Assembly (NCBI GenBank): GCA_951406725.2
Contig: OX597829.1
Location: 12,090,001 to 12,154,000 of the forward strand
Length of the DNA: 64,000 bases
Direction of reading: 5' to 3'
Source: Octopus vulgaris
Lineage: Eukaryota
The position numbers and the translations under genes were made by a program. Under the pieces are notes generated by a model, which saw nothing but the letters and a program-made list of their open reading frames with translations, was not told where the DNA came from and ran no database searches. Below, in pieces: positions 31,291 through 45,415 of this stretch (its first letter is position 1; each line of letters starts with the position of its first letter).

Positions 31291-31630
31291 ATACACATAC
31301 ATACACACACCTATATATATGTATGTATATGTGTGCGTGTGTTTTGTGCCTGTTTTTGTCTCCTACTACCGCTTGACAACCGTGTTTTACAGTTCGACAA
31401 AATGCACCGATAGAATAAGTACCAAGTTAAACAAACAAAAAAAAAATTAAGAAAAATGAATACTAGAGCCGATACATTCGACTAAAAATTTCTTTAAAGC
31501 AGAGCCCCAGCATGGCTGCAGTCAAACAACTGAAACGAGTTAAACATAAAATACATACATCGTACATACATATGCATACATATTCATATAGATACACAGA
31601 CAGACAGACAGACAGATAGATAGACAGATT

Positions 31631-31689
<59 letters not shown>

Positions 31690-31699
31690 TGATAGATAT

Positions 31700-31770
31700 G
31701 TTTCTTTATTAGCCACACAGGGCTGCGCACAGACGGGACAAATTACAATGTAGAGCTTTTCTTTTTGGGG
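31700..31770 (-). mobile_element. Probable LINE 3' terminus (AATAAA followed by (TATC)n tail)
   Basis: Minus strand reads ...CAGCCCTGTGTGGCTAATAAAGAAA then a microsatellite. Confidence 0.45.
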
Positions 31771-31915
31771 ACAAATTAAATATAACCAACTTGGTCTTAA
31801 CTATACTAATAACAATAACAGTAGTAATCACAATATTAACAGTAATAGACACAATAACAACAAGAGTACTTATAATGTTCCTCCCATCGTCAATAATCCA
31901 AATAGCCAATTTCAT

Positions 31916-31956
<41 letters not shown>

Positions 31957-31962
<6 letters not shown>

Positions 31963-32436
31963 CAGTTATCGCCAAGCTAATATGGCAGTCCATAAATATA
32001 GGACGAAAGCTGCTGTTGATTAGCTCCAAGAGTCCTCTTGCTAGCTATATGACACACGAACCTGTGTCTATTATAACCTTCGAACATGCAGGCATCTGCA
32101 GACATGTTTCAGGATGTTTGCCCCTAATCAATGCAGTGTGGCCAGACCCAGCAGGCGTCGCTGCTGACCGTCTGTTCGAAGGATTATTTATCTAATTTCA
32201 GTGGAATCCTTCAACTGGCTACTCTGCATTGATAAAGGGCAATTACCCTGAAACATGTCTGCAGATGCCTGGCCAGCAAGGGGAAGCGGCTGACCTCCCC
32301 TGTTCGAAGGTTATAATGGACACAGGTTCGTGTGTTATATAGCTAGCTAGAGGCGATGGCCTCTTGGAGCTAATCAACGGCAGCTTTCATCCTATATTTA
32401 TGGACTGCCATATTAACTTGGCGATAACTGTTAATA
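31957..32436. mobile_element. Palindromic foldback (MITE-like) element, ~480 bp
   Basis: Ends TATTAACAGTTATCGCCAAG / CTTGGCGATAACTGTTAATA. Inverted similarity continues ~190 bp inward. Second copy at 12719-12879. Confidence 0.9.
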
Positions 32437-32510
32437 TCCAGTACCGCTGCCGTAGTATCCTTTAGAGAGACTTAGAAATAATAATGATAATAATATTAAT
32501 AATGATATAT

Positions 32511-32542
<32 letters not shown>

Positions 32543-32684
32543 TGTATGTATGTATGTATGTATGTATGTATGTATGTATGTGTATATATATATGATCCCA
32601 AAACGAAGAACAAACACAAAAACACAACAACGAGGACGTGGTACATGTAAAGTATTAGTAGATGCCCAGGGAAGGAAAGAAAGA

Positions 32685-32720
32685 TGGCTTAAGGTTTTGA
32701 GCAGACGCTCTTCTTCGGAA
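32685..32720 (-). ncRNA. Degenerate minimal hammerhead-like motif in a Penelope-type terminal repeat
   Basis: Minus strand reads CCGAAGA-A-GAGC gtct GCTC-AAAA. A related plus-strand motif lies at 33444-33478 (CTGTAGA..GTAGGCTCGAAACGTA). Confidence 0.4.
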
Positions 32721-33875
32721 ACAAAGGAAAGTCCAATAGAAGGGAAGACGGAGGACAAAATTCGCCAACGATTCATATGTGTTAACATTGTGAAATGACA
32801 CGAAGGGAATGGGTGAAAAAGAGCTCTTTCTAAGACAGGAGAGAGTATGAAAAGGAGGTATGTATGTGTATGTGTGGTATGTGTGTGTGTGTGTAGTAGC
32901 ACGTGTGCGCGCGTCTGTGTGTGTATGTTCTGTGTGTGTGGTGTTTGTGTGTTTTTAGCGCTTTATACGTGTATGTATGTGAATTTTGTGTCGGTTAATG
33001 TTGTGGGAAGAAATCAGTAGCAAGAGTGGTAGTCCTTTGTGTAGTTTTGTGTCTCTTCACGTGTTTGTAGAGGAATGATATATATTAGTAAATATACGTG
33101 TAAAATTATACATATGTTGCGTGTGTGTGTGTATGTGAGTGCGTGCGTGTGTGCATATGCATATATATATATATACGTCACATTTTCTGGGGCTTCTTAT
33201 ATCTATTAAAATGTCTATTTGAGGAGCACCGTTGTTTATATCCTCCCTAATGAGATCGATGCATCGCTGACCGCTATTCATTCTGTCGGATGTATTTTGA
33301 ATGCGTCCATCGGAACATATGTTGATGTTATGAAGATATAAATGATTTCTTCAGCGTTTGTCTCCTTTTTGAATTTATATATATATATCACTGAAATCTA
33401 CAAGTTTTTTCATTCTCTCTCTGTTTATTTTCTCTTATTCCTTTCTGTAGACGAACGTAGGCTCGAAACGTACAGAACTTTTTCATTTTTCCCGAGCGCA
33501 AAACTAATACACATGCTTGTTGTTCATACATCTGTCTTCGCCTTTTGCTTTTCTATAAATTTCAACTACATCCATCCATCCATCAATACATACATGCATA
33601 GATACGTATATAAATATCTATATGTGGGTTCGACCTGGAACCCACAAGAGTAAACAAGAGACAGAGACAGGTTGAAACAAGGCAAATGCTATGCAAATAT
33701 TTAAAAAAAAAACTTTTCTTTTAATTTTTCCAAAATTAAATTGTTTTCCATACTTACAGTTGAAAAAGTCTCAATGACTGAAACCAGTACTGAAATGTTT
33801 TTTATAAAATTATTTTAGCATTTTCTGCCTTGACTTTTTCCATATATATCAACATTCTACCCCCAACACATATAT

Positions 33876-34460
33876 AGGCGCAGGAATAGCTTGCTTTCCA
33901 ACCACATGCTCCCGGGTTCAGTCCCACTGCGTGGCACCTTGGGCAAGTGTCTTCTACTATAGCCTCGGACCGACCAAACCTTGTGAGTGGATTTGGTAGA
34001 CGGAAACTGAAAGAAGCCCGTCATATATATATATATATATATATCTCACGTGATCACGTGACTGACCAGTTAATCAGATGTAGTTACACATCGCTGGCCA
34101 CAATGCGTTCGTATTGTTTTAGCCTTCGAATGACGCCACCCCGCTGTATATAATACAAAATGGGACAAGAACGCTCCATTTTGTATTTTATATATATAGC
34201 GACGTACGTACACTTTGTTCTTTCTTTCCCTCTCTATCTCACTCTCTCTCTCTATATATATATGTGTGTGTGAGTATGTTTGTGTGCCTGTGTTTGTCCC
34301 CACCCCCAACATCGCTTGACAAACAATGCTGGTGTACTTACGTCCCCGCAACTTAGCTGTTCGGCTTACAAAGAATAAGTCCTGTGGACGATTTGCTCAA
34401 CTAAAGGCGGTGCTCCAGCATGACCAAAGTCAAATGACTGAAATCAGTAAAAGAATAAAA
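33876..34460 (+). mobile_element. SINE family A, head and tail, interrupted by a (TA)n-hosted insertion
   Basis: Head 33876-34022 and tail 34280-34460 (CTAAAGGCGGTGCTCCAGCATG..ATGACTGAAA). Another tail at 34890-35048. Confidence 0.85.
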
Positions 34461-34804
34461 GAGGAAAAGAAAACAATTTATACATATATATATATATATA
34501 TATATAATGTACTAATCCGTGATAGAAAACTGAAGAAAAGGTATTCCATCTGGCGAGATATAAATATTATTATTTAAAGATCACAATACATGTATTAATA
34601 GGTTCATATGTTGAGAGAACTGAAACATATTCTTCAGGAGCAAACAACATATCATAACGAACAAAAAATCGAATAAATAGAAGAGACGAGAGAAGCTGAG
34701 AAGGCAGCAAACAAGTAAACAACGGAAAACGAAACTAAAGTGTGTAAAGGTAAAAAGTGCTATCCTCCTTAGGCCTTAAATGATAAGGCTGGAAATTTAT
34801 CAAG

Positions 34805-34879
<75 letters not shown>

Positions 34880-35048
34880 CGTGCGCGTGTGTGTGTTTGT
34901 GTGTCTGTGTTTGTCATCCCAGCATCGCTTGATAACCGATGCTGGTGTGTTTAAGTCCTGGGGTCGATTTGCTCGACTAAAGGCGGTGCTCCAGCATTAT
35001 CGCAGTCAAAATGACTGAAACAAATTAAAGAATAAAAGAATAAAGAAT

Positions 35049-35400
35049 ACACGAAAATATAAATATTAAAACAATATTAATATCCAGCAAGAATAAAGCA
35101 CCATACAGGTAGAATTATAAATATATAAAGCGGGTGTATACGAAGTACGATCATTGCTAGAAATAGCAGCCGGGGACCTTGAGAGGAATAAAGGATAACT
35201 CTTCGGATCACATTCAGTGCGAATCTGATTGGTTATCGTCAGATGAGCGACCATATTTTAAAATATCCACCTCATCTCTGACTGTTTACTCTGCTGATAG
35301 CCCCACTCATAATTAGAACCAAGATCAGTAAAAGAATATGCATGAAAATATAAATATTATTAAAATAATATAATATCCAGCAAGAGAATAAAGCACCATA
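35049..35400. repeat. ~350-bp element with ~55-bp direct terminal repeats
   Basis: GAAAATATAAATATTA..TAATATCCAGCAAGA..ATAAAGCACCATA at 35053-35105 and 35344-35400. Confidence 0.75.
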
Positions 35401-35689
35401 TTAATATATATAGATAGAGGGGGGGCGAGAGAGGGGGAGAGAGGTTAAGTGTAGTTGAAATTTTGGCGTTAGTTACGGTAGTTCTGTGTACATATTTTGC
35501 ATCAATCTGTCTATGTATCCGTCTATGTATATGTGTGTGTGTTTGCGTGCATCATTATGGCTGCGTGCAGATATTTGCTTATATGTATGTATATATGTAT
35601 ATATATTTATGTATGTATACATCATTGCCTAATTATCTACTCGCATGTGGCCCTTACAGACTTACTGTATGTATAGTTATCAGTATGTG

Positions 35690-36015
35690 TGTCTCTATCT
35701 CCCTCTTTCAATCAGCTTCTCTCATTGTCTTTGTATCTCTCTCTCTCTCTCATTCTCTCTTTGTGTCTCTGTTTGCCTCTCTTCTGTCTTTCAATCAACT
35801 TCCATCTGTGTCGTTATGTCTCCCTCACTTTGATTCCGTCTCTCTCTTTGTCTCTCAATCAACCGCTCTCTGTGTCTATACGCTTCTCTCTCTTTGTTTC
35901 TGTCTTTCATTCTCTCTGCCTTCCTCTCTCTCTCTCTCTCAATTAATTTCTCTCTGTGTCTTTATCTCTCTCTTTCTCTCTGTCTCTCAATCAACCTCCC
36001 TTTGTGTTTTCATCT

Positions 36016-36055
<40 letters not shown>

Positions 36056-36200
36056 GTCTCCGTCTGTCTGTCTATCTCTCTATCTGTCTCTTTCAGTCTG
36101 TCTGTCTGTCTGCCTTCTTGTCTGTCTGCCTTCTTGTCTGTCTGCCTGTCTGTCTGTCTCTTTCTCTTTCTCCCTCTCCCTCTCCCTCTTCCTTTGCAGC
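35690..36200. repeat. CT/TCTG-rich low-complexity tract
   Basis: Directly visible. Confidence 0.9.
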
Positions 36201-36864
36201 TTAGTTTTATTCTTTAGTGAACGTATATCTTTATAAAAGCACAGTTCAGCTCTTTTGTTCCAGAAACTGACTTAAACGCTTTGTTCACAGTAGCGAACAA
36301 CGCTCTTTATGTCATACGTCTTTCACTCACTGAAACACTTTGTTTCTCATTCTCTCTCCCTCCTCTCTCTTTCTTTCACATACACACTCCCATTATTTCT
36401 CTGTCTTTTCTTGTGTCTATCTATCTGTCACTCCCTGTTTTCTTTTTTCTTTCGTCTTTCTCCTCTCTTTTTGTTTTTCACTCAGCATATCTTTATAGAC
36501 GTCTCCAGACGGCTGTTCAGTTCTTTGTTCCAAAGCTCTCAGTCCCGAAATGTCGAGTGGTTTGATGGTAAAATAAACAAAGCTACTCCCTTGTCGTTCT
36601 GTTTGTGATGAAATGTCATTCCTCTAATATTCATATTCATTTATTAATAATATAATGTTGGTTACCATTGGTTAGAAGACCCCAGCAATTTGTCTGTTTG
36701 TATTGTACATTTTCTTGTTGTCAGGGAACCAGTGGGAGAGTCATCATGGTGCCGTGTATATGAAGGAGGGAAAAGTGGAGAAGAAGAGGAGGGGAAAGGG
36801 GATGGGTGCTAAATGGGGAGGAACTGAGTGGGAAATATTCGCCTTTAATATATAAAAAATATAT

Positions 36865-37000
36865 GTTGTTGCTGTTGCTGTTGCTGTTGTTGTTATTATT
36901 TAGTGGCCGTGTTGTTGTGCTCGTTGTTGCTGTTCTGGTGTGGTGATCGTGATGTTGAGTATAGTGAGATGAGGGTGCTGTAGCAGTGGTGGCAATGATA

Positions 37001-37054
<54 letters not shown>

Positions 37055-37320
37055 ATGATGGTGGAGGTGGTAATGATAATGATGATGGTGGTAACAATGA
37101 TGATAGTGGTGGTGGTGATGATGATGATAATAATGAGAATGCTGGTGATGGTGATGATGGTGATGATGATGATGGTGATAGTTATGATGTTGATGATGAT
37201 AGTAGATGTTGATGATGATGGTGATGACGATGACGATGATTTCGACGATGATGGTGGTGGTGATAATTGTGATGTTGATGTTGATAATGATGACAACAAA
37301 AAGCGACGATGACTATGGTG
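36865..37320. repeat. GAT/GGT degenerate microsatellite
   Basis: Directly visible. Confidence 0.9.
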
Positions 37321-37749
37321 TTAAATGATAGTTTAGTTTTTGTGGAGATGATTGGTATTCAGTTGCTGTGGTACTTGTACTAATGAGTTGGTATTGGTGA
37401 TACGGCTGTCGCTTTTTGTATCGGCCGTCAATTCGTGGTTACAAACGCAACCGTTTTATTGCCAGTATACACTAATGATGATAATGGTGACAATATTGAC
37501 ATCATTATAATCATCATGAATATCCTCCTCCTCCCCCTCCTCGTCGTCGTCGTTGTTATAATCTATTTCTTTCGGTTTTTTATATTGTTCGTTCAATTCC
37601 TGTAGAGATCGGGTTTCGCTTTCATCCTTTCGGAGTCGATAAAATAGAAAAGAAAATCTGAGATGGGATGATATCGACTGATCCCCTCCTCTCTAAAATG
37701 CTGGACTTTGTGTCAAAGTATAAACCGTTACTCTTTCCTCAGCTGATAT

Positions 37750-38290
37750 TCTCATGGCTACAGGTATGGAAGTGTCGCCGTGCGGGAGGGACTGTGTGAG
37801 CGACGAAACCGGACAGCAAGTTCTCGCACAGTGTTTGAGCATTGTTGACTTGTGACGTTATATCGAGCAGTTATTGTTACGTTTAGGACGAATCCTCCTA
37901 TCAACGGAGTCCATCGTGAATATCAAAACATCAGCCATCCTTAACAAGACAGGGCTGACGATGTTTCTCAAGTCACTATGGCGAAAGATGTTGTGTGGTA
38001 GGCGAGGCTGAAAGGATTCAGAAAAGACTGAACTTTTCGGTAAAGCTCGCTTCAAATTTATCAAAGTTTCACTGGGAAGGACAGTGAAAGTGGAGAGGGA
38101 AGATCTATCGAGTCTCGGTAAATTTTTTAAAAGGTGGGTGGCTGATTAGGGTGAATGGCCTTACTTTAAGTATGCGGTTGTAGGCTGGAGAATAATAGTT
38201 GGAAGACGGTTCATGCCCTTGATGCTTAGGATGATCCTGGTTCCTTTATTGGCTCTAGTTGGAGGTTCTCCCCTATCAGGAGAGCCGTAT
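37750..38290 (+). mobile_element. Decayed Tx1-like 3' fragment
   Basis: CVSDETGQQVLAQC..YIEQLLLRLGRILLSTESIVNI is homologous to 30090-30230. Confidence 0.75.
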
Positions 38291-38324
38291 TACTCATGTA
38301 TTTACAAATTTTTATAATATCTTT

Positions 38325-38700
38325 TATCGTATATCTTACACCTTGTTTCAATCATTAGACTGCAGCCATGCTGGGGCACTTCCATGAGAAATTTGAGTCG
38401 AACTAATCGACTCCAATACTTATTCTATCGGTTTCTTATGCCGAACCAGTAAGTTACGAGGGCATAAACACAAAAATATCAGTTGACGAGCGGTGGTGTG
38501 AAACAAACACAGACGCAGGCGCGCACGTCAAACACTCATATATGACGGTCTTCTTTCAGTTTCCGTAGACCAAATCCACTCACAAGACTTTGGTCGGCCA
38601 GAGGCTATAGTAGAAGACACTTGCCCAAGTTGTGGAAGTGGATTCAGAGCCATGAAGTTGTGAAGCAAACATCTTATCCTACAGCCACGCTTGCGCCTAT
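38325..38700 (-). mobile_element. SINE family A, full length
   Basis: Reverse-complement head, CORE-like and tail motifs. Confidence 0.85.
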
Positions 38701-38832
38701 GTATACCTTTATCCCAATTCACCTCCCTTTCCTTTTCGTTCTTCTCATCATTTATGTAAATTCCCTCACAAGTTGTAAACTGTACTTGTAATGTACACTT
38801 CATCTGAAGCCGCTGTGGTCAATAAAAGAAAC

Positions 38833-39099
<267 letters not shown>

Positions 39100-41652
39100 G
39101 AATTCTTTTATTAGTGTGATGTTGCTACTCTTAACTAGTTTTTCTCTTTTCAGGGTTAATTTGGCGCATTTTTCTAATCCGAATTTCATATCCATTTCTT
39201 TGGTAAATCCATGAACTGTCTTTAATAGTGTTTCCAGTTGTTTGTCATTTGCAGCGTATAGTTTTAGGTCATCCATATATAAAAGGTGGCTGATCGTTTT
39301 GCCGTAACATTTATATCCGCATCCAGTTCTATTCAGCATATCAGATAGAGGTGACAGTGCCAAGCAGAAAAGGAGTGAAGAGAGCGTGTCTCCCTGGAAT
39401 ATTCCTCTTCTAATGGGGATGGCTTTGGTTTTCATGAGTCCCTCTTTTGTTTGGAGCTGTAGCACTGTTTGCCATTTATTCATAGAATGCCCTATGAATT
39501 TTATAATTGTTGGTGCTACTTTTTTAATGGCTAGTGTTTCGAGGATCCATGTGTGGGGGATGCTATCAAACGCCTTTTTGTAGTCGATCCAGGCCATACT
39601 GAGGCCTTTCTTCTTTCTGTAGCTGTCTTCAGTTATGGCTTTATTGATCATTAGTTGATCTTTACAGCCATATGAGCCTTTGCGGCATCCTTTCTGCTTT
39701 TCTGGGAACAGGTTGTTTTCGTCCAGGTGCTTGTTTAACCTTTGCGATATCACTGCAGTAAATGCCTTGTACATTGAAGGGAGACATGTTATTTGTCTGT
39801 AGTTTTCTGGTTTTGCTGTCTCATTTGATTTGGGAATTAAGATGGTTTTCCCCTTCGTGAGCCATTCAGGCATTGTCTCTGGCTCTGCTAGTATGTTGTT
39901 AAAATTTTCAGCCAATTTTTTGTGCATTCCTGTTAGATATTTCAACCAGAAGTTGGGGATCTTGTCATGCCCAGGTGCCTTCCAGTTGCTTAGTCTTTGC
40001 AGTGCCTGGGTGACCTCTTCAGTTGTTATGGGAGTCCAAAGTTGCTCAGATGCTGAGTTTGTTGTTTTAATACTCCTTTTTTTTGGTTGTTCGGTCGCCG
40101 ACCATATTTCTCTCTAGAATTCTTCGACTTCTTCTGCCGTTGGTGCTGCAGTGATTTCTATTTTATTTTTGCCAAGTTCTTGGTAGAATTTTTTTGGGGT
40201 TGGAGTTGAACTGTTTGTTTTGTTCAAAGAAGCGCTGGCGTTTCTCGTACCGGCGGATCCTTTGTGCTTTGGCAAGGATATCTTGCTTCAGCTTTTCTTT
40301 TATCTCAGGTAAATCTTTTTCTGTGATGGTATATTTGCGGATTATTTTTGTTTTCTTTTTGTTGCTCAGTAGCGTTGATTGTCTACTGATTTCGTTAAGA
40401 ATCGACAGATCTTTTCTCATTTTTTGTATTTTGTTTTGGATGTTATTTATCCACAGGGTTTGTTTGGGTGGTGGTACTCCAGTTTGGATGGGTTTGAGTG
40501 AGTATCCAGCTTCTTTTGTGGCTGCAGTGGCTGCTGTGTATACTAAGTCATTTAGCTCAGTGGTATCGCTTTTTGTTTCAGTGGCTATTAGTTCCGTGAC
40601 GGCTAGGTTTATGTTGTTTATAATTAGTGTTGTTGTTTCGTCTATTTTGATTTTTGGGAGGTATGGTCGGTGGTCCATTTTGAGCTCTGTGGTTTTCAGT
40701 TCTTTGATTATTTTACTTTTTATATTATCATAATCATTAGGCTCCTCTTCGTTGTTTACATCGTGTTTTAGCTTTCTATCGCTTTCTTTCTTATTTATAT
40801 GTTTGTTTGCCGTGTTTTGGCTTGCTGTTTGTCGTGTATTATTATGCATCCTTACGGTCTGGGTTTGTTGTTTTTTGTTTACATCGTGTTTGTTGGGAAT
40901 GTTACGTTTGTCTTCGTGTTTTACAGTTTCAGTGTTTATATTATTGGGCATTGTTGTGTGGCTTCTATCTACATTTTCCTGGTGTATTTTTTCTTTTAGA
41001 TGTTCTATTTCTATTTCTGATATTTTTTTGCGTTGAGAATGTATCGTCGTACGTTAGCTAATTTATTAGGGTTCATTGCTGTATCCAAGTCTATATTTAT
41101 GTTATTTTCCTTCCATATTTTATATGTATGTGTTGTTGTATTTTCATTTTGTGGGTAGTATGCTGTGAAGTATGCGTGTAGGATAGAAATGTATTCCTCA
41201 CGCGACCATTTATGTCTTTTGGGTTTTATTTGCGGGACATAAGGAACAACGTCCGGCCCATTATTTTGACGGTCGTCATTTTCGTAGGGTACCGGTCCGT
41301 TCATTTCTGTTGTCACATTGTTTTGCACGTGTAGTTTTTCGTACATTTTGTGTTGTAAGTTTAAAGTACGTACCTCCCGATTGTTGTTCTTGGGTTGAAT
41401 AATATCGGTGGTATTTAATTTCTTCGTAGTTCCTTTGTACATGGTGTTTGGGGTCGGGGATGATCTGGTGTTGATGGATCGTAATGTTTCACGCATGTTT
41501 ACATGTGTTGTGTTAGAGGTATCGTTTCGAAAATAGTAATAAATTTCAATTAGTATTACTTACTCGGATACAGTCCAATCCTTTGTTAGTAAATCTTTGG
41601 CTCCATACGATGTCCTTGTTTTCGATGTTTGTGGATAGATTTCGGAGCTCTG
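39100..41652 (-). mobile_element. R4/Dong-like LINE, 5' half (5' UTR, N-terminal Myb-like region, RT), missing the 3' half
   Basis: KRHKWSREEYISILHAYF, KAQRIRRYEKR, WIDYKKAFDSIPHTWI, GIFQGDTLS and LLYMDDLKLY. Stops abruptly after the RT, with (TAA)n on both sides. Confidence 0.92.
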
Positions 41653-41658
41653 TTATTA

Positions 41659-41732
<74 letters not shown>

Positions 41733-41800
41733 GTAGTAGTAGTAGTAGTAGTAGTAGTTGTAGTAGAATTTGCAGCAGTAGTAGTAGCGGTAGTAGCAGC
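41653..41800. repeat. (TTA)n>(TAG)n microsatellite
   Basis: Directly visible. Confidence 0.95.
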
Positions 41801-42384
41801 TGCAGTAATATTAGTGCTCCTGGCAATGTTAGCGCAGACACGTTTATGCAGGGAAAGGAGTCATGGCTTCACATCATAATAGAATGTTTTTTCAGTTTTT
41901 CTACCTCTCTCCTCTTTCTCTTTCCCTTCAGCTCTCTGCCAGTACGTGTAACACCATTACCTCCACGACGACATTGACGACATCACCCCCCAACAACAAC
42001 AACTACAACAACGCCACCATCACACCACCATCACTAACTTCGTCAACAACGAGGAAGATACAATATACACCCCGCCGTGTAGCTAGTCTTGATAAGAAAC
42101 ACAGAATATGTACACACTTAGCGATTGCTATCATGAATAGCGCAAATTGATGGGTTGAACCAATCAACCGAATGGACTAAGCTGTATTCGTCGCTTGGCT
42201 CTTCTCTAAAGGACTGTAATGACAGCAAGGTTTGCCAACTGGACGCTTCAAGTCGACGGCTACTGCTTGAAATATTCCTAGTTAAACGATTATAAGGTCA
42301 AAAGCCATCCACAATTTCATTAGAAAATAGTGGATTAATCAAACTCAGGCACATACACACAGAGACACATACAGACATACTCAC

Positions 42385-42427
<43 letters not shown>

Positions 42428-42679
42428 TTACTTGGAAGAGGACGCGTGGCGTTCAATCATATAATAATTTAATAAATAAAACATATGCATACATACACAC
42501 CAACATCTATATGTATATGTACATATATATATGGGTACAGGACACCACCAAAAAAACTTAGAACACAACGAGAAACGAAAACATAAAAACAAAACATGGC
42601 AACGGACTTTTTTTAACAACGAAAAAACAGAGTACAAGACATACAACACAAGGAACATTCCCGTTTGTATGTATATTCT

Positions 42680-43026
42680 TTTATTCTTTTACTTGTTTCA
42701 GTCATTTGACAGAGCCCATATTGGAGCACGTCCTTAACGGGTTTTAGTCAAAGAAATCGACGCAAGGACGTATTCTTTGTAAGTCTAGTACTTATTCTAT
42801 CGGTCTCTTTTGCTAAACCGCGAAGTTACAGGGATAGAAACACGCCAACGTCGGTTGCCAAGTGGTGGTGGTGGGAACAAACACAAAGACACACACATCC
42901 ATAGGTGCAGGTGTGGCTCTGTGGTAACAAACTTGGTTCTAAAACACATGGTCCTCAGTTCAGTCCCACTGTGTGGTAATTTGGCATGTGTCTTCAGCTA
43001 TAGTCTCAGACCAACCAAAGCCTTGT
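42680..43026. mobile_element. SINE family A tail (minus) and head (plus); the head is split by an RTE insertion and continues at ~45420-45630
   Basis: Head ends CCAAAGCCTTGT at 43026. The expected continuation TGGATTTCGTAGACAGGAACTGAAA resumes at 45421. Confidence 0.75.
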
Positions 43027-45415
43027 CACTCCAAGAAAATGGGCCGACCACGCATTAACACTGCCAGAACCTCGGACCCTACACTGCGACAATGTTTTGC
43101 TGTTTCTATCAAAGTTGCCCTCAGTAGCTGCCCAACCTCATCTGCTGAAAGTAGGTGGAATTATATCAGGGAAGCTTTGTATACCACATCAATAGATACT
43201 TTCGGCATGAGAGAAAGGCAAAACCCAGGTTGGTTCACTGCTGGGCTCTCAGATCTGGAAATAGTTATCAAAGCAAAGCGTGCAGCTCTGATGCAATACA
43301 AGAGGGATTCTTCTACAAAGTCACTCGAAGAACTCAGAAAGGCAAGAAATAAAACCCAACTGACTGCCAGACACTGTGCAAATAGGTATTGGCAGGAAAT
43401 CTGTCAGAGTATCCAGTCAGCTGCTGACAGTGGCGACACCCGTGGGATGTATGCCGGTTTGAAGAAGATCCTCGGTCCATCCGCAACCAAGTCAGCCCCT
43501 CTGAAACCAACTACTGGAGATCTCATCTAGGACCAAAGCAAGCAAATGAATAGATGGGTGGAGTACTACCAGGATCTCTACTCACGGGAGACCACGGTAG
43601 CTGAGGCTGCAATCGAGGGTGTCAAGATCTTGCCAGTCATGTGCGAACTTGACAGTCTGCCATCTATAGCAGAGCTCACCAAGGCTATTGACTTCCTAGC
43701 AAGTAACAAGGCTCCAGGAAAAGACGGCATCCTCTTAGAGATCATCAAATCCGGCAAAAACACCATCCTGCTTCGGCACCTTCATGAGCTTCTGTGTCAG
43801 TGCTGGGAAGAGGGTACAGTCCCTCAGGATATGCGGGATGCTAACATCATTACACTATACAAAAACAAATGTGACCGTGGTGATTGTAACAATTACCATG
43901 GAATATCTCTTCTAAGTACTGTTGGAAAGGCCTTTGCTCGCATTATCTGCCCAGGCTGCAACTGCTTGCTTCTCGAATTTATCCAGAATCGCAGTGTGGT
44001 TTTAGAAGAAGCAGATCAACTATTGACATGATATTCTCCATACGCCAACTTCAGAAGTCCAGAGAGCAGAAAATGCCATTATATATGGCCTTCATTGATC
44101 TGACAAAGGCCTTTGACTTGGTAAATAGAAAAGGCCTCTTCATCCTGCTCCAAAAAATCGGATGTCCACCAAAGCTGCTGAGGATCATCAAATCTTTCCA
44201 TGATGATATGCAAGGCACCATACAGCACAATGGTTCAACATCAGCCGCCTTCCAAATAAAAAATGGGGTAAAGAAAGGTTGTGTCCTTGCTCCTGCATTA
44301 TTTGGCATCTTCTCGCTGCTGCTGTCACATGCCTTTGAGATATCAGATGATGGAGTGTTTCTGCACAGTAGAAGTGATGGGAAACTGTTCCATCTCTCGC
44401 GTCTGCATGCCAAGACCAAAATCAGAAGCGTCCTGATCAAGGAGATGCTATTTGCTGATGAAGCCGCTCTGGTATCACACACAGAAGAAGCCCTACAAAG
44501 GCTCATCAACTGTTTTGAGCAAGCGTGTATCAACTTTGGCTTAGTTATCAGCCTCAAGAAGACCAACATCATGGGTCAGGTTACATCGGACATCCCAAAC
44601 ATACAGACTACAGGAGGTGGAGAAGTTTACTTATCTTGGCTCTACCATCACCTACAACCTATCACTTGATGCTGAGCTCAATATACGCATTGGCAAGGCA
44701 GCTGCTGTGATGGCCCAACTCTCCAAACGGGCATGGGACAACAATAAGCTGACCAAGACCACAAAAATGAAGATTTACTACTGTATGGAAGTGAGACTTG
44801 GACGCCATACACATGCCAAGAGCATCACCTAAATATCTTTCACCTGCGCTGCCTCCGGAAAATCCTTCGCATCAAATGGCAGAATCATGTCCCCAAGCAA
44901 GCAGGAATATCAAGCATGTTTGCACTTCTCACACAAAGACGTATGAGATGGCTTGGACATGTTAACCGTATGTAAGATGGCAGAATCCCCAAGGACATAC
45001 TCAACGGAGAGCTTGCAAAGGGCACTAGGTCTGTGGGAAGGCCGTTCTTACGATACAGGGATGTTTGCAAAAGGGACATGAATACCTGCAACATCAATAT
45101 TACCAACTGGGAAGCAGTTGCTAGCAACCGTGGAGATTGGCAACGTACCGTAAAAGAGGGAACACAAAGGAGTGATAGAGAGAGAGAGAAGAGAAATGGA
45201 ACGACAAGAAAATACGTCAACAAGAAACTATAACATTACAACCAGCCAGGCAAAGTCTTCGCTACATTTGCGACAACTAGAGTGAGTGTTTGTCCAGGAT
45301 AGGACTACACAGCCACAGCAGGAGATGTATTAGGACATGAAATGTAAAAGCTTGACTAGATTATTTTATGCGCAACTCCATTGTCTCCCGAGACAAAAAG
45401 GATGCCAACAACAAT
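43027..45415 (+). mobile_element. 5'-truncated RTE (BovB-like) LINE, frameshifted
   Basis: KAPGKDGI, VPQDMRDANIITLYKNK, AFIDLTKAFDLV, MLFADEAALV, RMRWLGHV and GRPFLRYRDVCKRD. 3' end CCATTGTCTCCCGAGAC...GGATGCCAACAACAA. Confidence 0.92.
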
